Below the pieces are notes generated by a model. It was not told the origin of the DNA. It searched no databases and was given only the letters and a program-made list of their open reading frames with translations. From Lingula anatina (Eukaryota > Animalia > Brachiopoda), in NCBI GenBank assembly GCA_051362555.1, contig CM120647.1:18576651-18640650 (forward strand): a stretch of DNA of 64,000 nucleotides. Direction: 5' to 3'. Made by a program: the position numbers and the translations under genes. This document shows, piece after piece, positions 1-13,305 of this stretch (its first letter is position 1; each line of letters opens with the position of its first letter).

Positions 1-88
1 TATATAGCACTACTATTGAATTTCGTGGCTGGATGTATGTGGGGATTCCCAAACATCATATGGAATTTTGAGTTGTGGAATTCTCTGA

Positions 89-346
89 GACCATTTCAGA
101 CTCTTTCGTACTAACTGTGGATCGATCTATCTCCAAGAGGTCTTGCTTAATTGCACTCAACTTAAGTGACTTAGATGTCTGTCATGCCTAATGAAGCTGC
201 TAGGCGGTAATTAGTTATCGTTTAGCAGATTAAGTACTAGTAGGCGTGCAAGACATCAAAACCACTTAAGCTGAAAGCAATTTATTGAGAAACCCCTTGG
301 GGATGGATTGATCCTGTTAGATCGATCTAGGTATGGGAACCCAGTC
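89..346. mobile_element. Old, longer palindromic relative of the 215-bp MITE family
   Basis: Shares the GATCGATCTA subterminal palindromes and the CTTAGATGTCTGTCATGCCTA...GGTAATTA core with the 215-bp family; has extra internal inverted arms (CTTAAGTG...GATGTCT...GCCTA / TAGGC...AGACATC...CACTTAAG). Boundaries approximate. Confidence 0.55.
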
Positions 347-695
347 TGTGTCTCACTCATTGAAATTACTAGAGTTAGAAAGTCATTGGAAATTCAAACT
401 CTGTCCACCTTGTTGATCTCAGGATGATATGGGAGCATTCTTCCAGTTAAACTGACATTCTGTACGTTAGCATAAAAAATAATAAAAAAAATGTAATAAA
501 AATCTTTTGTCATATTGCCATATGCACTTCCATTATGTGGAGTCTGTCTAGCTGTTTTTAGGGCACGGTCTCTTAGAACTTGAGATGTGCAGACAGTAGG
601 AGATTATAGACAGACAGCCAGCTTGAATTAGCTTGCATTAATGTATATTTCATAACATGAGGCCAAATCATTATAAATATGATTATTCCCAGACC

Positions 696-736
<41 letters not shown>

Positions 737-1224
737 CTCGTTTTGCTTATATTGATTCTCAATGAGCAGAAATCAGAATTATACATTATTCTACAGATCA
801 GATATCAGAAATAACATTTTCCTCCACCCATTTTGCCTCAGCATGCGTTCCTAATGCTAATATTATCAGAAGCTTGAAGCCAAAAGAGAGTGGTTGTTTG
901 GATATTGTTTCGTAATACAAGCTGTTTTTCTAATGGGTTCCTGCACAGCGCACTTGTTGACTGAAAAAGCAATTATGATTGTCATGAGTAGATATCCTAT
1001 ACTTAAGTACAAGTATGGTTCCATTCAGATGTGTTGAGAAACAAAGATGGGGAAATTTTTCAGACTTGTGTCAATCCCTGCAGACTTCACAGTTTAAGTT
1101 GAATGCACTATCCCATGCAAATGGCATTGTCTTGATATGAGTGAGGTTAGAAAAAAGTTCAGCTTGAATACATTACCCCATGCAGAGAAACTATGGCCTC
1201 AACATGAGCAAATACTAGTAGTAG

Positions 1225-1398
1225 CTGGGGTAGCGCTAGCAATTTTTTTTCGCTTAGCCAAATCACCACATTTTTGTCAATTTGTTACCAAAATGGTTAT
1301 AATTTGGCTAAAACATTTCAAATCAAGCCCTTTTTCTATAGCCAATTTAAGTCAATTTTAGCATTTGGCTAAATTGGCGAGTGTTAGCGCTACCCCAG
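1225..1398. mobile_element. MITE with 17-bp TIRs and 8-bp TSD (hAT-like)
   Basis: CTGGGGTAGCGCTAGCA ... TGTTAGCGCTACCCCAG, flanked by AGTAGTAG on both sides (1217-1224, 1399-1406); internal AGCCAA/TTGGCT subrepeats. Confidence 0.8.
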
Positions 1399-4300
1399 AG
1401 TAGTAGTAGTAGCCAGCAGCTTGCACTTGCTTTCTTATGGTTGCCTATAGTAACCATCTTTTGATTATTTGCACGGGGTCTTTTTTTTTGTGGTGTATTG
1501 CAATCAATTTTTTGGGCAATCTCATGTTATTCGATAATATAGAGCACATTTCAGAATGTGCATTTGCTCACGTGAGATGAAACGTGAGGAAGTGCTTGAA
1601 ATACTGCAGGACTTGCTTGTATACTGTGTCCTGTTCAAGGTCAATTCTTTTGGAATTTTCCACATTCATTCAACACAATGTAGACTGTGTCTGTGTGCTG
1701 TAGACATACAATAAAAAAAGGAAACTGAAAGATTTTGACCTGTCTGTAAGGTTTGTTCTGTATGGAAAAGATAAAATTTGTGGTAAAGAAAATACCCAGT
1801 GTATTGCAAAAAGTGCTTGTTTTGTTTGCTTTGTATGTAAAAATCAGGCAAAGGGCAAACACCTTCAATGGTGAAAAGATTTTTGGTACCGTACAAAAAA
1901 ATCAAAGTAAGCTTTGTAGGCATTTGTGTAACTGCAGTGTTAAATAAACATTAAGAGCAAAGGAAAATCCCCTCGTTTTAGGACGTATAAGTTAAAGTGG
2001 TCACCTTGAAGCAGGAGCAACTTTTTTCATTTTCTTCTCTATAAATTTGCTTAAAGGACTTATGCTTTAGAGTAATTTTCCCTTTTTGAATATTTTGACT
2101 CAAAAGTAGTCCTCCTCTTCCTCCTCTCTCACTCCTCTCCCAGTGATTGTGCATGACAAATGCTCCTTTGCTTTTCCATGCTTTAAAAATTTGAGATGTA
2201 ACAACAGCTGAGGTTAGTTTATTCCAAGTTAAAAAATTCTCAATTTGAAATTCATGTTTTTCTGGTCTCTCCATATACTTGCTGGCTTCACCAACATTTC
2301 ACCACCACATTGGTGTGTTTTTGTCCATAGTTAATCTAGGCGCAATTACTCAATAGGAAACGTGTCATTTTCTCCCAAATTGCATCCACTGACAATGAAA
2401 TTGTCAATCAGTGACCTTGTGACCTAGATAATTGGTGAGCTATTAACCCCTGGATGACCTAGTTTCCAGATTGATGCTGCAAGGCATATACAGATCTGAT
2501 TGTAGTCATGTGGAAGATGCATTTTAGCATTGCCTATATTTTTTAGGCAACAAAAAAATTTATCTCTTTACTGAAAGCATTATTTTCCAACACGCCAGGT
2601 TGATTGTTGTTTAAATTGTTGAAAAGGATTATGTACATTAAAAATTTCTTGAAAAAGAAGAGCCATTTTCCCAATTCAGGAATCATAGCTTAGCCCATAC
2701 TTGAACTGAAATTCAATGTTTTACAACATTTCCAATTAATATGTTTAGCTCTTAATGACTGGCCAGTCTCTTAGACTGCCATTGTTTTTTTGTACATTAC
2801 AAAAAATAAAAAAATGGACATCAAATACTTTTTCTGAATGAAGAAAAATAAGTAACTTTGCAGGATATGAACTAGACATAGAGAAAAAGTGACGTAGGAA
2901 CATTTTCAGATGGGGATTAGTGTTAATATATATATAGTGTTAATCTTAAACCGGGTCTCTCACCTTAACTCAGGTTCTGATCTATTAACATCTGTTTCCT
3001 TGTCTGACACCTGTTTGGGACTCCCAAGCTGTGCAGGGAAAAGTTCACGAAAAAAAGCGCATACCGTCTTTTAGCAAGCTGTTCTTCTGCTGGTATGAGT
3101 AATTGGTGATATGATAACTGATTTGCATGGAACTGAGTTCTAAGTAATTTTGAAAGGGGTGTAGTCCAATTATTTGCAGAGATAGTAGGATACAGTGGGG
3201 ATTATATAGTGAATGTAAATCATCTGTTTATGTTCTACTTTATTGTGATGTGAATGCATTGGATAAATAAAATATAAAAATGCAATATATATTAACAAAA
3301 AGATGATTTATATTACAAATCAATTTAGAAGCAATTACTAGTCAAGCGAACCATGCCCTGTCAGCTGTACAGAGATAAGGGCATCAGGTAAGGCATATAT
3401 ATTTACCTCACTTGTGTCCTCTGCTGACAGCTTGCCCTTAGCAGCAATAACATATGGTAAGGTTAAGAATAATATGTAGATGTGTAAATGGCTGTGCAAT
3501 ACAGGTGCAAATGATATGTATATCCTGTGGTTTTCTAGGTGTGTTGATGTTGGGTTAGTTATGGTTAATGAACAATTATTTTGGAGGCGGAGTATGTGGG
3601 CAACGTTTTGGAGATTGTGAAAACAGTAGCTTTATAGATTTTCTTTCTTTCTCTTGAAAAAGAGGTGGTATTTTTCTGAAGCATGGAACTAAGATCAAAT
3701 TTTGATGTAGAGTACACCTTTTTCTGCTAAGAAAAATAGAAAATAAATTAACCGTAGACCAGTTAAATGATATATTGTCTTACAGTTTCATTTTTCGTGC
3801 TGAAACAAACTAATTGCTTAAGGTCATTCAATGTAGTGAGGGTAGAATCTGAACATTAAAGGGTTACAAAAGGTTAATAGCATCTGTTGAGGAGTAAGGA
3901 ATACCTCATGAGCTGTATGAAAACCTGTTTCATAGCACTGGTATAGACAGGTGAAGGGCTGAAGTATTGCTGTCATTCTGCATTATGTAAATAATTTATT
4001 TACTCCTTTGTTTATTCCTTACTTTCTTAGTCAGTCTTAAGTGCACCTGGACGCCTGGTAATTTACAGGAAGTAAGTTACATTTTGCATTTTTAAAATTT
4101 CCATTTATATCTTAATATCATGCATAGTTTTCCCTACTCATGCCTGAAAAATTGATCCAACCTCAGAAATGAAAATATCTCTTGTTGATATTTTAATATT
4201 TGAGTTCTACCAATATGTCCAGAAGTTTGTTAGCTGTATGACATTGGTCTAAGTTATAGAAAGATTTGAAAAAAAAAAAAATTATTACAGAACATAGAAT

Positions 4301-5367
4301 GAATATATACAATAGTTATTCAACTAATAAAATAATTAAACTGTGTATAAACACTGTTTGTGATACCAGTAGTGACAAAATAATTATATTGAGAGAAACA
4401 AAATAATAATAATAATGACAATATTAAAATAATGAAAATATTAATGCAAATTATACGTTATAAAAAGATATTTTAAATGAATCATGACGAGTAAGGAACT
4501 ATCTTACTCATGAGAAACGGTGCTCAGAAAACAAGGAATGCAAGTGCAGGAACTGGTCGAGCAATTAAGCGTAAGTAGGAGAAAATAAGATTTGACTGGA
4601 AATTCCCCAATATAGCATACCTTACACTGCACCTGGTGGGACAAATTTTCCAATGGAATGCTAGCATAAACACCTACTTTACAGGTAGGTAGGCAGGTGA
4701 TAAAAACTTAACCTCTGTTAACTCAGTGTGGAAGTCAGGTAATTAAGACTTAACCTCTATTAACTCGGTGTGAGAGCTGGGATCTTGTAATTGTGAATCA
4801 TGGGATTGTGGTAAGATTCAGTACGTGCAAGAAATGGCGTTACTAGCAAGGATTAAGTGAGTATTGTAATTTGGGCAGTTTGTGTTGTAGGGCAGTAGTC
4901 TGAGGCAGTTTAATAGTACTGCAGATTTGGATTATTACTAGCACACAAACACACACAAAGGAAAAAGGAAAATCGGAATTCTAAAGTGGTAGTCAAGTGC
5001 AGTTACTAGTAAGGTATTGCTTTTCAAATATCCATAGTTTTTATCCTGGGACTTGCTGATTTTGATTTGGGCTAGTAAGTTTCCTGATGCCTACTAGTTC
5101 ATGTGAGCAGTGGGCTGAATCGTGATAGAACTGTGTGTGTGTGTGTATGTATGTGTGTGTGAGTGAGAGAGAGAGAGAGGGAGAGATATGTTATACAATT
5201 TTAAACATTAATCTACAGTTCTTATTTCACTTTCCAGACCACCGCCTGGTTCACTAAGGTGAGGTGACGCCACACACTCAAGATGTAACCTCCAAAAGTC
5301 GATAGATAAAGAAATACCTACAGGTGCTGTGAGGAAAAGAAAACTTCTGAACCCAGCAACAAGAAGA

Positions 5368-8300
5368 ATGAACTACGTTGGCAAGCTGCTCTCTAATTTT
5401 AAAGCCGCTTACAATGAGATAAACGCGGCGACCTTGACAGGTGCTATTGACGTGATCATCATACAGCAGGAAGATGGGTCTTACGTCAGCTCCCCCTTCC
5501 ATGTACGCTTTGGAAAACTGGGGGTTATACATTCCAGGGAAAAAGTGGTAAGTGTGGTCTTTTACTAGTGGGCAAATTTAAAACACCTCGGTTGTTCCAG
5601 GTTTTATGATGTGAAAATTGCATATAAAATTTGCTTACAATAAGAAAGGGGAAAGTGGTTAAATTAACAGTTATGAGGATTGGTGTTTATGATCTGTTGT
5701 TTACCTTGAGTATATTTTAAGTTTTTTCCAAAACATATAATTATCAAATAATGTACTTAAAATTTGTTGAGTCTTGATTTTGAAAATATTTAATGAAATT
5801 TTAACTTGCAATAAAAAAAATTCTTGTTTGGTGCTGAGTGATTTTTTTCATAAGTGATTTTTTTCATGAGCAGACACCTCATGTTATACTTAATGTTATA
5901 CTTAAAATAATTATCTTAATTTTCAAGTATCTTACTTTTCAAGATTCACCTATATTCATCACTCATGAGTAATTACCGTAAACAACATTTTCCTTCCTCA
6001 GGTGGACATTGAGATCAATGGAGATCCAGTAGACCTGCACATGAAGCTGGGAGAGTCTGGGGAGGCATTCTTTGTAGAGCCAACAGATGAAAAATCTGAG
6101 GTGAGCTTTCTCCTGTAGCCACTTTTGATTTATTTATTCAATATTTTGCTTATCTATTTGCATATAAAAATTTTTAATGAAGTTTTTGTACATCCACTTA
6201 TTTATTGTAAGCACTATCTGCAATTTGAACTTATTTTAGCCAAAGGAATGGTGTAGAATGTGGAGATTTATTGGTCATAATACATTTGATCATCATTTTC
6301 AAATTGTTGATGTTTTTTCAGTCTCTCTTTGAATTGGCTACCTCGCCCATTGCCACCCCATCTCCAGGAGAAATTATGAAAGAGGGCATCAAACAACTGA
6401 AGAAAGAACAGGGAAAGGTAAAAAGTGTTCTTAGGCATATTTGAAGTTTTTTTAACCTAATTTTTTTGGCCATCGCTGTACTATGTTTTTATCCCTTTGG
6501 TTTGTCTAACCCAGCTGGTGGTAGCAGCTCTCATAATTTTCACTTTGGAATGGTGAAATAAAGTCAACAGCAATCACACATTACCTAAAACGTCTGTCTT
6601 CACAGATTTGAACACGAATAAATCGAATTGAATTAGTATCATGTGGCTCCCCTTCCAGGAGAAGCTGTCTGCTGTTCTCTCTGCCCCCAGTGTCTTGGAT
6701 ACCTTGGAAAGCAAACGAGAGAAATGTCGCTCAGAGGTCAGCCTAGAAAGCTTGGAAAAAGGGAGTCTGGGATCATCTATAGATGGCGACACTGGGCAGT
6801 GCAAATCTTTATCAGGCACGCCAACACAATCCCCTGTCAGATTTGGCCTGGAGCAGGAACATCTTGAGCTGCCTGGCAGACAGCGAAAATCGTCAGCAAG
6901 AACCATGAGCGGGGACAGTACGACAGCGAAGAGTTCTCCAAGGCATGCTGGGAAGGATGAGGACCATATCCCAGAATTCAATGATGAGGAGATATTTGAT
7001 ATGGACCCTATGTCTGACGATGAGCTGCGAATGATAAATATGAACTCGATGGCGCGGAGTGTAAGTCTTCCGGTGCTGGAGGAAGATAAGAGGAATAGTA
7101 TTGAAGAATGGGCGAACAGTCGTTATGCTTCGCAGTTATATCCATTCAGTGATGGGGATATCACACCGGTCGTTAGGTAAGTATCTTTGTCTGTATATTT
7201 TATATTGTTTTCTTGCTGTAAGATAAATGCATCTTGTCTGTAACTTATGAATAAAATTTTAATTATTGTAGGCACCGTGTTATGGTCAAAACTACATTTT
7301 GTTTGACCTACATTAACTTTTTAGTTAAAAGATAACAAATTTGTGTATAATAATTATTATAATTTATTATCTTTTTTTCATAGTAGGAGCAAACAATAGA
7401 ACATGTATAACAACCCAATCATATTCCCTTGCAAGAACTGAAAAAAACTATATTGCTCAATTTCAAAATTGTCCTGCATTTTAGACAAAAAGAAACGGAA
7501 AGAAAAACATTTGAAATAGTAAATTAATTATGAATTTAATTCTTTATTTTCAGTCCCACTGCCACTCGCTCACCCAGTCCATTCAGTGATACAGAAATAG
7601 AGAAACAAAACGTAGTTTACGACACTGTCCTCTCTTCTGAACCATCAGAAAACCTCGACTGGTCGTGGGGCGAGCTGCCCCAAAAGACTCTGAATAATGT
7701 AGAGTCACCGTTGGCCATCGAAGTTCCCACCAAGGCTCCAGAAATTCTGATAGAACAAGGTAAGGGAAGAATTTGTGTCTTTTCGACATTTTATCATCTA
7801 AAATTTAGAGTAGTGTGTTGCAAAATGATGAAGAACTCACTGTGCAGTTTTTTTCTTAGAAGATAAAGAAGATTAAGTGGCAGACCTTCAAGCTCAAAGA
7901 ATGTTTAATGGAAGATATATTATGTTCAGTAACTTATATTTTTTGAAGCTAAAGAAGAGGATACAGGTCTGTTAACGTTCATGAGGAGCACTAAGAAGAT
8001 CCGCCACCAGCCTGTGCAGGAGGGTATATACCTGGATGACCTTAACCTTGAGGAGATGGACCCAGAGGTGGCAGCACTGTACTTCCCACCAAAACATCAG
8101 TAAGTGGGATTTGGGGGTTGTATAAAAGTGGGATCTGGGATTTTTATCTTCTTTGAGATAAAAAGTTCTTTTACCTAAATTGTTTATACATAGTTTAAGT
8201 TATTATATTAGCCTCTTAGGATTTCAAGTGAAACTTTCTCCAATGCGTCCAGTCTAAGTGAAAGTCCAGAATGCTGTGCACTTGACCTTTGTTGCACTCA

Positions 8301-8513
8301 TATTATTAGTCTTGTTGGAATGGACATATTGTCTGGTTAGATCATGCATATTACCCAGAATGCCTTGTAATTTCAGGTTCACACATGCTCACCACATGCA
8401 GCCAATCAGGGATGAGGACATTGAGTCGGGGAAAGGGTCGTCTTTACCGCAGTCACCAAACAGTGTGGAAGGTGCAATAGGAGGAAATATACAGGAAAGG
8501 TAAGAAATGATTC

Positions 8514-8572
<59 letters not shown>

Positions 8573-11500
8573 GACATGCTTTTCACCACTTAAAAGCAAT
8601 TCCAATTTTTCTGGCTGATTTTCAACTTGAAGCCCCCCATTTTGCCATTGCTACTTTTTTCTTGCAAAATCATGTCTGAATACAGGAGTTAATTTTATCT
8701 TTTTACCAATAAGTAGAATTGTGCAAGTAGAACAATTGAAAGAATTCAAAAAATTTTACAAGGCTATGTCTCTAGTTACCCAAAAGCAATTCTTACAACT
8801 AAAATTTTGCATTTTAGAAAATTATATTGAGATTGAATTATTAAAATTTGTTTAAGTTAGTTTGTTTTAGCTTATTTGGAATATAATTTTTATAGATTTT
8901 ATTTATTTATTTGTTGTAGTGAGCACTGGGATTTATCCCTGTCACTTTGTGGAGGGTTGAAAGAGGCCGAGGGCAACATCGCAATGGACAAATTCTTACA
9001 AGACTACGTGACATACGACAAGTTCTGTGAAAACGCCATGCAGATCATTTCCGACCCTAACCTGGTGATAAAAATCGGAACAAGGTATGTACTGCTGTGC
9101 ATGTTCCATTCATCAGTGATAGATAAGTGATAATGTAACAAGGCTGAGCTTTTCACCAAAACGGGCGTTTATGTGGGTTAAGTTATCAAATCTGATTATT
9201 AATCACAGAGCAATACCCAAAATTATCATCATATTAGCAAAATGTGGGTTAAGTTATCAAGTCTGAGAGTTCTCCCGATTATTAATCACAGAGCAATACC
9301 CAAAATTATCATCATGTTAGCAAAATGAATACATTGATTAAGACCAAAATAAACAAGATTATCAATAAAGTTAATATTTTTACAGATATTTTAAAATTAG
9401 ATTTTCATAACTTCAAGTTTAATGTGTGACTGATGATTATTTATGTTGATATAAATTTGATTAAAATCATATTATGTGGTAAAAAAAAATAATTTTTTTA
9501 TGGTTATAATCCATGATTTTTAATTTTGATTTGTAAATTTTTTTTATGATGGTAATTTGCTTTAAGATTTTTATGGGTTTTGATAAAAACTTCGTTTATT
9601 TTCTATCAGGTTCTACAACTGGCAGACGGCAAGCCCCATGATCCTCTCTGTAATGGCCTTCCAGCGCCCCCTTCCAGACTCCCTCGTCACTAATCTCATC
9701 AAACAGCACATGCCAAAGAAAGAGAGGGCCAAACGCGCGGGGATGTCTTCCTGGTTCTCATGGCGACGTGCCCCACCCGAGGATGAGGAAAAGGGTCAGG
9801 TGGGAAGTCAGGTGGCGGTAGATGTCAGCAAAGTAGAGCCCAAGAAGGTATATATCACTGTTGTCTGCATTAACATTGTTTGTCCTATAATTACACATTA
9901 TGAAAAAGTTTAAAAAAACTTTTCGGACTAAAAATATCATGTTAGAACACAGCATTTTATCAGCACTCTTTAAATAAATATTTCAGATTTTTTTCTTTTA
10001 AATGATAACTTAATTTGAAGTGCTTTGAACTTTGTGAACAAAAACTAATATTTTTTCCTTTAAATTTTCATTATTTCCAGCCCAGTAGTCAGACGTCCAC
10101 TCCCACCTCCAGTCCTCCCACCAGTGCTCCCAACTCACCACAGAAACAGAGAGAAAGAGAAACTGGCAGGTGAGGGGCTTAAAGTACAATAAATAAATGA
10201 ATCAGTAAAAAAAATTCTCAATTGTTTGTGTCAATATTTGAAATATTTCGGAAGTTACTGTTGTGGTTGTTGCAGTTTGTAACTTAACTTTAACACTGTG
10301 TGTGTCAAGTGTCTGTATTTTAGTCATTGGCCATTATTCCTGCTTTCGGACAGTACATTTTTAGACTACAGTGGCCTGTAAGGCCTAGAGGTTAAAAAAG
10401 GATTTTAGCACAGACTGTAATGGTCGCTGATGATGGTGTTGAACTTGAGAATATCAAGTTTTTTTTTACCAAGTTCTTACTATTGCAGGAAAAAAGATGC
10501 AGACGACACCTCCACGTCTAGCGACGAGATGGAATTCAAGCAGTGGTCCCCAAAAAGAAGGCGGGCCAACTCTCCCAAAAACCGCAATTCACAAGGACAG
10601 GTCAATTTCAAGAAAAGTCTTAGGCTAACGTCAGAGCAAATAGTGAGTATTTCATTTGCTAGAATTTATAATTCTTATTTTTGTATATGTCAAGAAAAAA
10701 AAGAAATCCACGAATAAAACTTTCATTCTGTATTTGGCTGGATTGAGGGTGACACACTTAGAAATGAACATTTTAATTGTGCTTTTATTAATTTATTTGG
10801 TTTATTAGTTATGATATCCTTATCTTTTATTTAGACTGTTTTCGTTTTTTGCTAATCAATTCATTTTACTTTTTTTTTTTAAATAGCTATGTAATGTATT
10901 GTGTAATTTATGAGATTTTAAAAGTAAATTCAATCTTTGCATCCATTCATTGACAATTCTTGATTTATTCCTTCACCATATCAGTCCTAGCTAGCAAGAT
11001 AGAGAAGAGTTAAGTAGTAGGTGGATATGTACAGGAGGCTGCTACACCTCTCTCACCATGTTATTCAACTATTTATTAATTCGTTCTATCAGTCAGTCAT
11101 TCATCCATTTCTTTGCTTTCTCCATTTCAGTCTAAACTAGTCAGGCAAAGTAGAGTCAAGCTACAACCAGGGCAAAACACAATCTCATACTCCGTGACGA
11201 CGCAGTACCAGGGAACGTCCAAGTGCGTCTCTCACATCTACCTGTGGCGCTATGACGACAAAATTGTCATCTCTGACATAGATGGCACTATAACTAGGTA
11301 AGAGAAGTTTGTATATGGGTGGATATTACATATATGGGGTGGGCAGGGTGGAGAATGAAAAACAAAAGTTTGCAAATGATAGTGAGTGATTTAAGATACT
11401 GATTGAAAGAAGAAAGCAAAATATTCAAGAGTTGATGAAATGCTGACAGGTTGTGAATACTCTTAATTTAGCACCTGTTTTGATTTCTTTTAATTGGATT

Positions 11501-13305
11501 CCTTTTGTGAGTTTATTATTTAGAGATGAAGTCCAGAGATTTGGGAGTTGTATTTTATGCCCCCCTTAACCTTAACCATTTATTTATTTTAAAATTTTTA
11601 TTTAATTATTTGTTAATATTCTCATTGATAAGCACTAAATAATCTCCCATAATTTCCAGGTCGGACGTCCTTGGCAACATCCTCCCAATGCTGGGTAAAG
11701 ACTGGTCTCAGATGGGTGTTGCCAAACTCTTCAACAAGATCCACCTCAACGGCTACAAGTTCCTGTACCTCTCGGCCCGGGCCATTGGTCAGTCCTCCCT
11801 GACCAGATCGTACCTCAAGAGTATCCGCCAGGGGGAGCTGTGTTTGCCAGATGGCCCCATGTTGTTGACTCCTAGTTCCCTTATCAATGCCTTCCACAAG
11901 TGAGTTGATATTAGTTGGTCTAGTATGGACTGGTGAAAAATCTGTATAGAAGTCCAGAGGGGTTTTCATCCTAATGAGAGTAAAGTCTTTGTAGTGACCA
12001 TCACTGTTTATTCCATGTTAAATTCTTTAATGAAAAAAAATTATGTATTTATGTAATGTTTATGTTTATAATAAAGCATAAACATTATATAAACATTATA
12101 TTTATATAATGTTTATGCTTTATTATAAAACAATGATAAAAAAAACAGAAAATCCTGTCATAAAGTGCTCTTTGTTTCTTTTCAGGGAAGTTATAGAGAG
12201 AAAGCCAGAAGAGTTTAAGATTAACTGTCTGAAAGACATAGCATCCCTCTTCCCGGCGACACGACCGTGTCCTTTCTATTCCGGCTTTGGAAACAAAATT
12301 AACGTGAGTGCTAACAGGCTAAATTATTTATCATACTACTCTCATTTATAGTATGCATGTATGTGAATTTCAAAGTGCCTTTATATTAAATGTTTACAGT
12401 TTGTTTATTATTTTTTCACTATTGTGCATAGGCATGCATATGCATGTTATGATGTGTGAATAAGTTCACCGAAAAAATTGAAATTAAATTTTTGTTTTCA
12501 TGGGTTTAAAGTCCATTTCCTATGCGATTATTTTTGCTCCACAGCCAAGTGGCTGTCTTGCCACCAAAATGTTCAAATGATTATATAATAATTGATTAGT
12601 TTTGTTTGATGTAGGATGTTTGGGCATACAGGGCTGTTGGTATTCCAATATCAAGAATTTTCTCTATCAATCACCGAGGGGAATTGAGGAGCGAGATTTC
12701 CAAAACTTTTCAGACTTCGTAAGTAGTTCACAACCCATCTATTGAAGTATGGCAATTATACATAAAAATTTATTCAAAATTTATTGTTTTTATTGAAACA
12801 ATGGAACATACAGAACTTGAAATGTGAAATTCATCTTTATTTTCATTATCAAATTGTATATACTTTTAAGATCTCTCTTACTTTAAATATGCTGATATTT
12901 TCATATTTTGTATTATTTGACATTCCTGCTCGGAGAAAGTACTCTCATTTCACTGAAAAACACCCCTAAAATTAAATAAAGCATATATAGCCACAGTCAC
13001 ATACTTACGTACTAATATAATAATGGTTTCTTCTAATTTTAAACATTAATTTTTAAAAATAACTTCTTATTTTATTTGACAGCTACAACAGCTTGAGTGA
13101 CATTGCAGACCACTTTTTCCCACCACTCCATGTCACATCCTCCGGAGTTTGTGAAATTGGAAATTTTTCCGCAGCAGATAAATACAGCCAGTACACATAC
13201 TGGCGAGAACCTCTACCAGAATTGGACGATGAAATAGCGAATTTTTTGAAGAAAAATAAAGAGAGTGAAGCGAGTCCAAGTAAAGGATCTAAAAAGGGGA
13301 AGTGA
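5368..13305 (+). CDS. LPIN: Lipin / phosphatidate phosphatase (PAP1), 16 coding exons, 956 aa
   Basis: Exons 5368-5547, 6002-6100, 6322-6417, 6659-7176, 7554-7759, 7949-8099, 8377-8499, 8920-9084, 9610-9847, 10081-10169, 10489-10642, 11131-11297, 11660-11899, 12186-12303, 12615-12718, 13083-13305; all GT-AG, phases join (2871 nt). N-LIP (MNYVGKL...[12 protein letters not shown]...[13 protein letters not shown]), middle WSWGELP and GIYLDDL motifs, M-LIP (LSLSLCGGL...NPNL-like DPNLVIKIG), C-LIP HAD domain with catalytic DIDGT and LGNIL (LxxIL). First coding exon begins at an acceptor at 5238, so a 5'UTR exon lies upstream. AATAAA near 16765. Confidence 0.96.
8513..8568. repeat. poly(C)-(AC)n microsatellite; other (CT/GA/CA)n tracts at about 699-733, 5133-5185, 40885-40912, 50119-50166
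   Basis: Direct inspection. Confidence 0.9.
9171..9327. repeat. Tandem duplication of about 71 bp in a lipin intron
   Basis: ATGTGGGTTAAGTTATCAA...TTAGCAAAATG twice; the second copy has a short insertion. Confidence 0.85.

Noticed and set aside
5329-5367. N-terminal extension of lipin from GTG
   Set aside because: The GTG start comes from the ORF caller; the conserved lipin start is MNYVG at 5368 and the frame is closed by TGA at 5260.
6574-6981. Antisense ORFs over real exons (also 11622-11969, 29493-29765, 20216-20464)
   Set aside because: Shadows of GC-richer coding exons with no independent homology.
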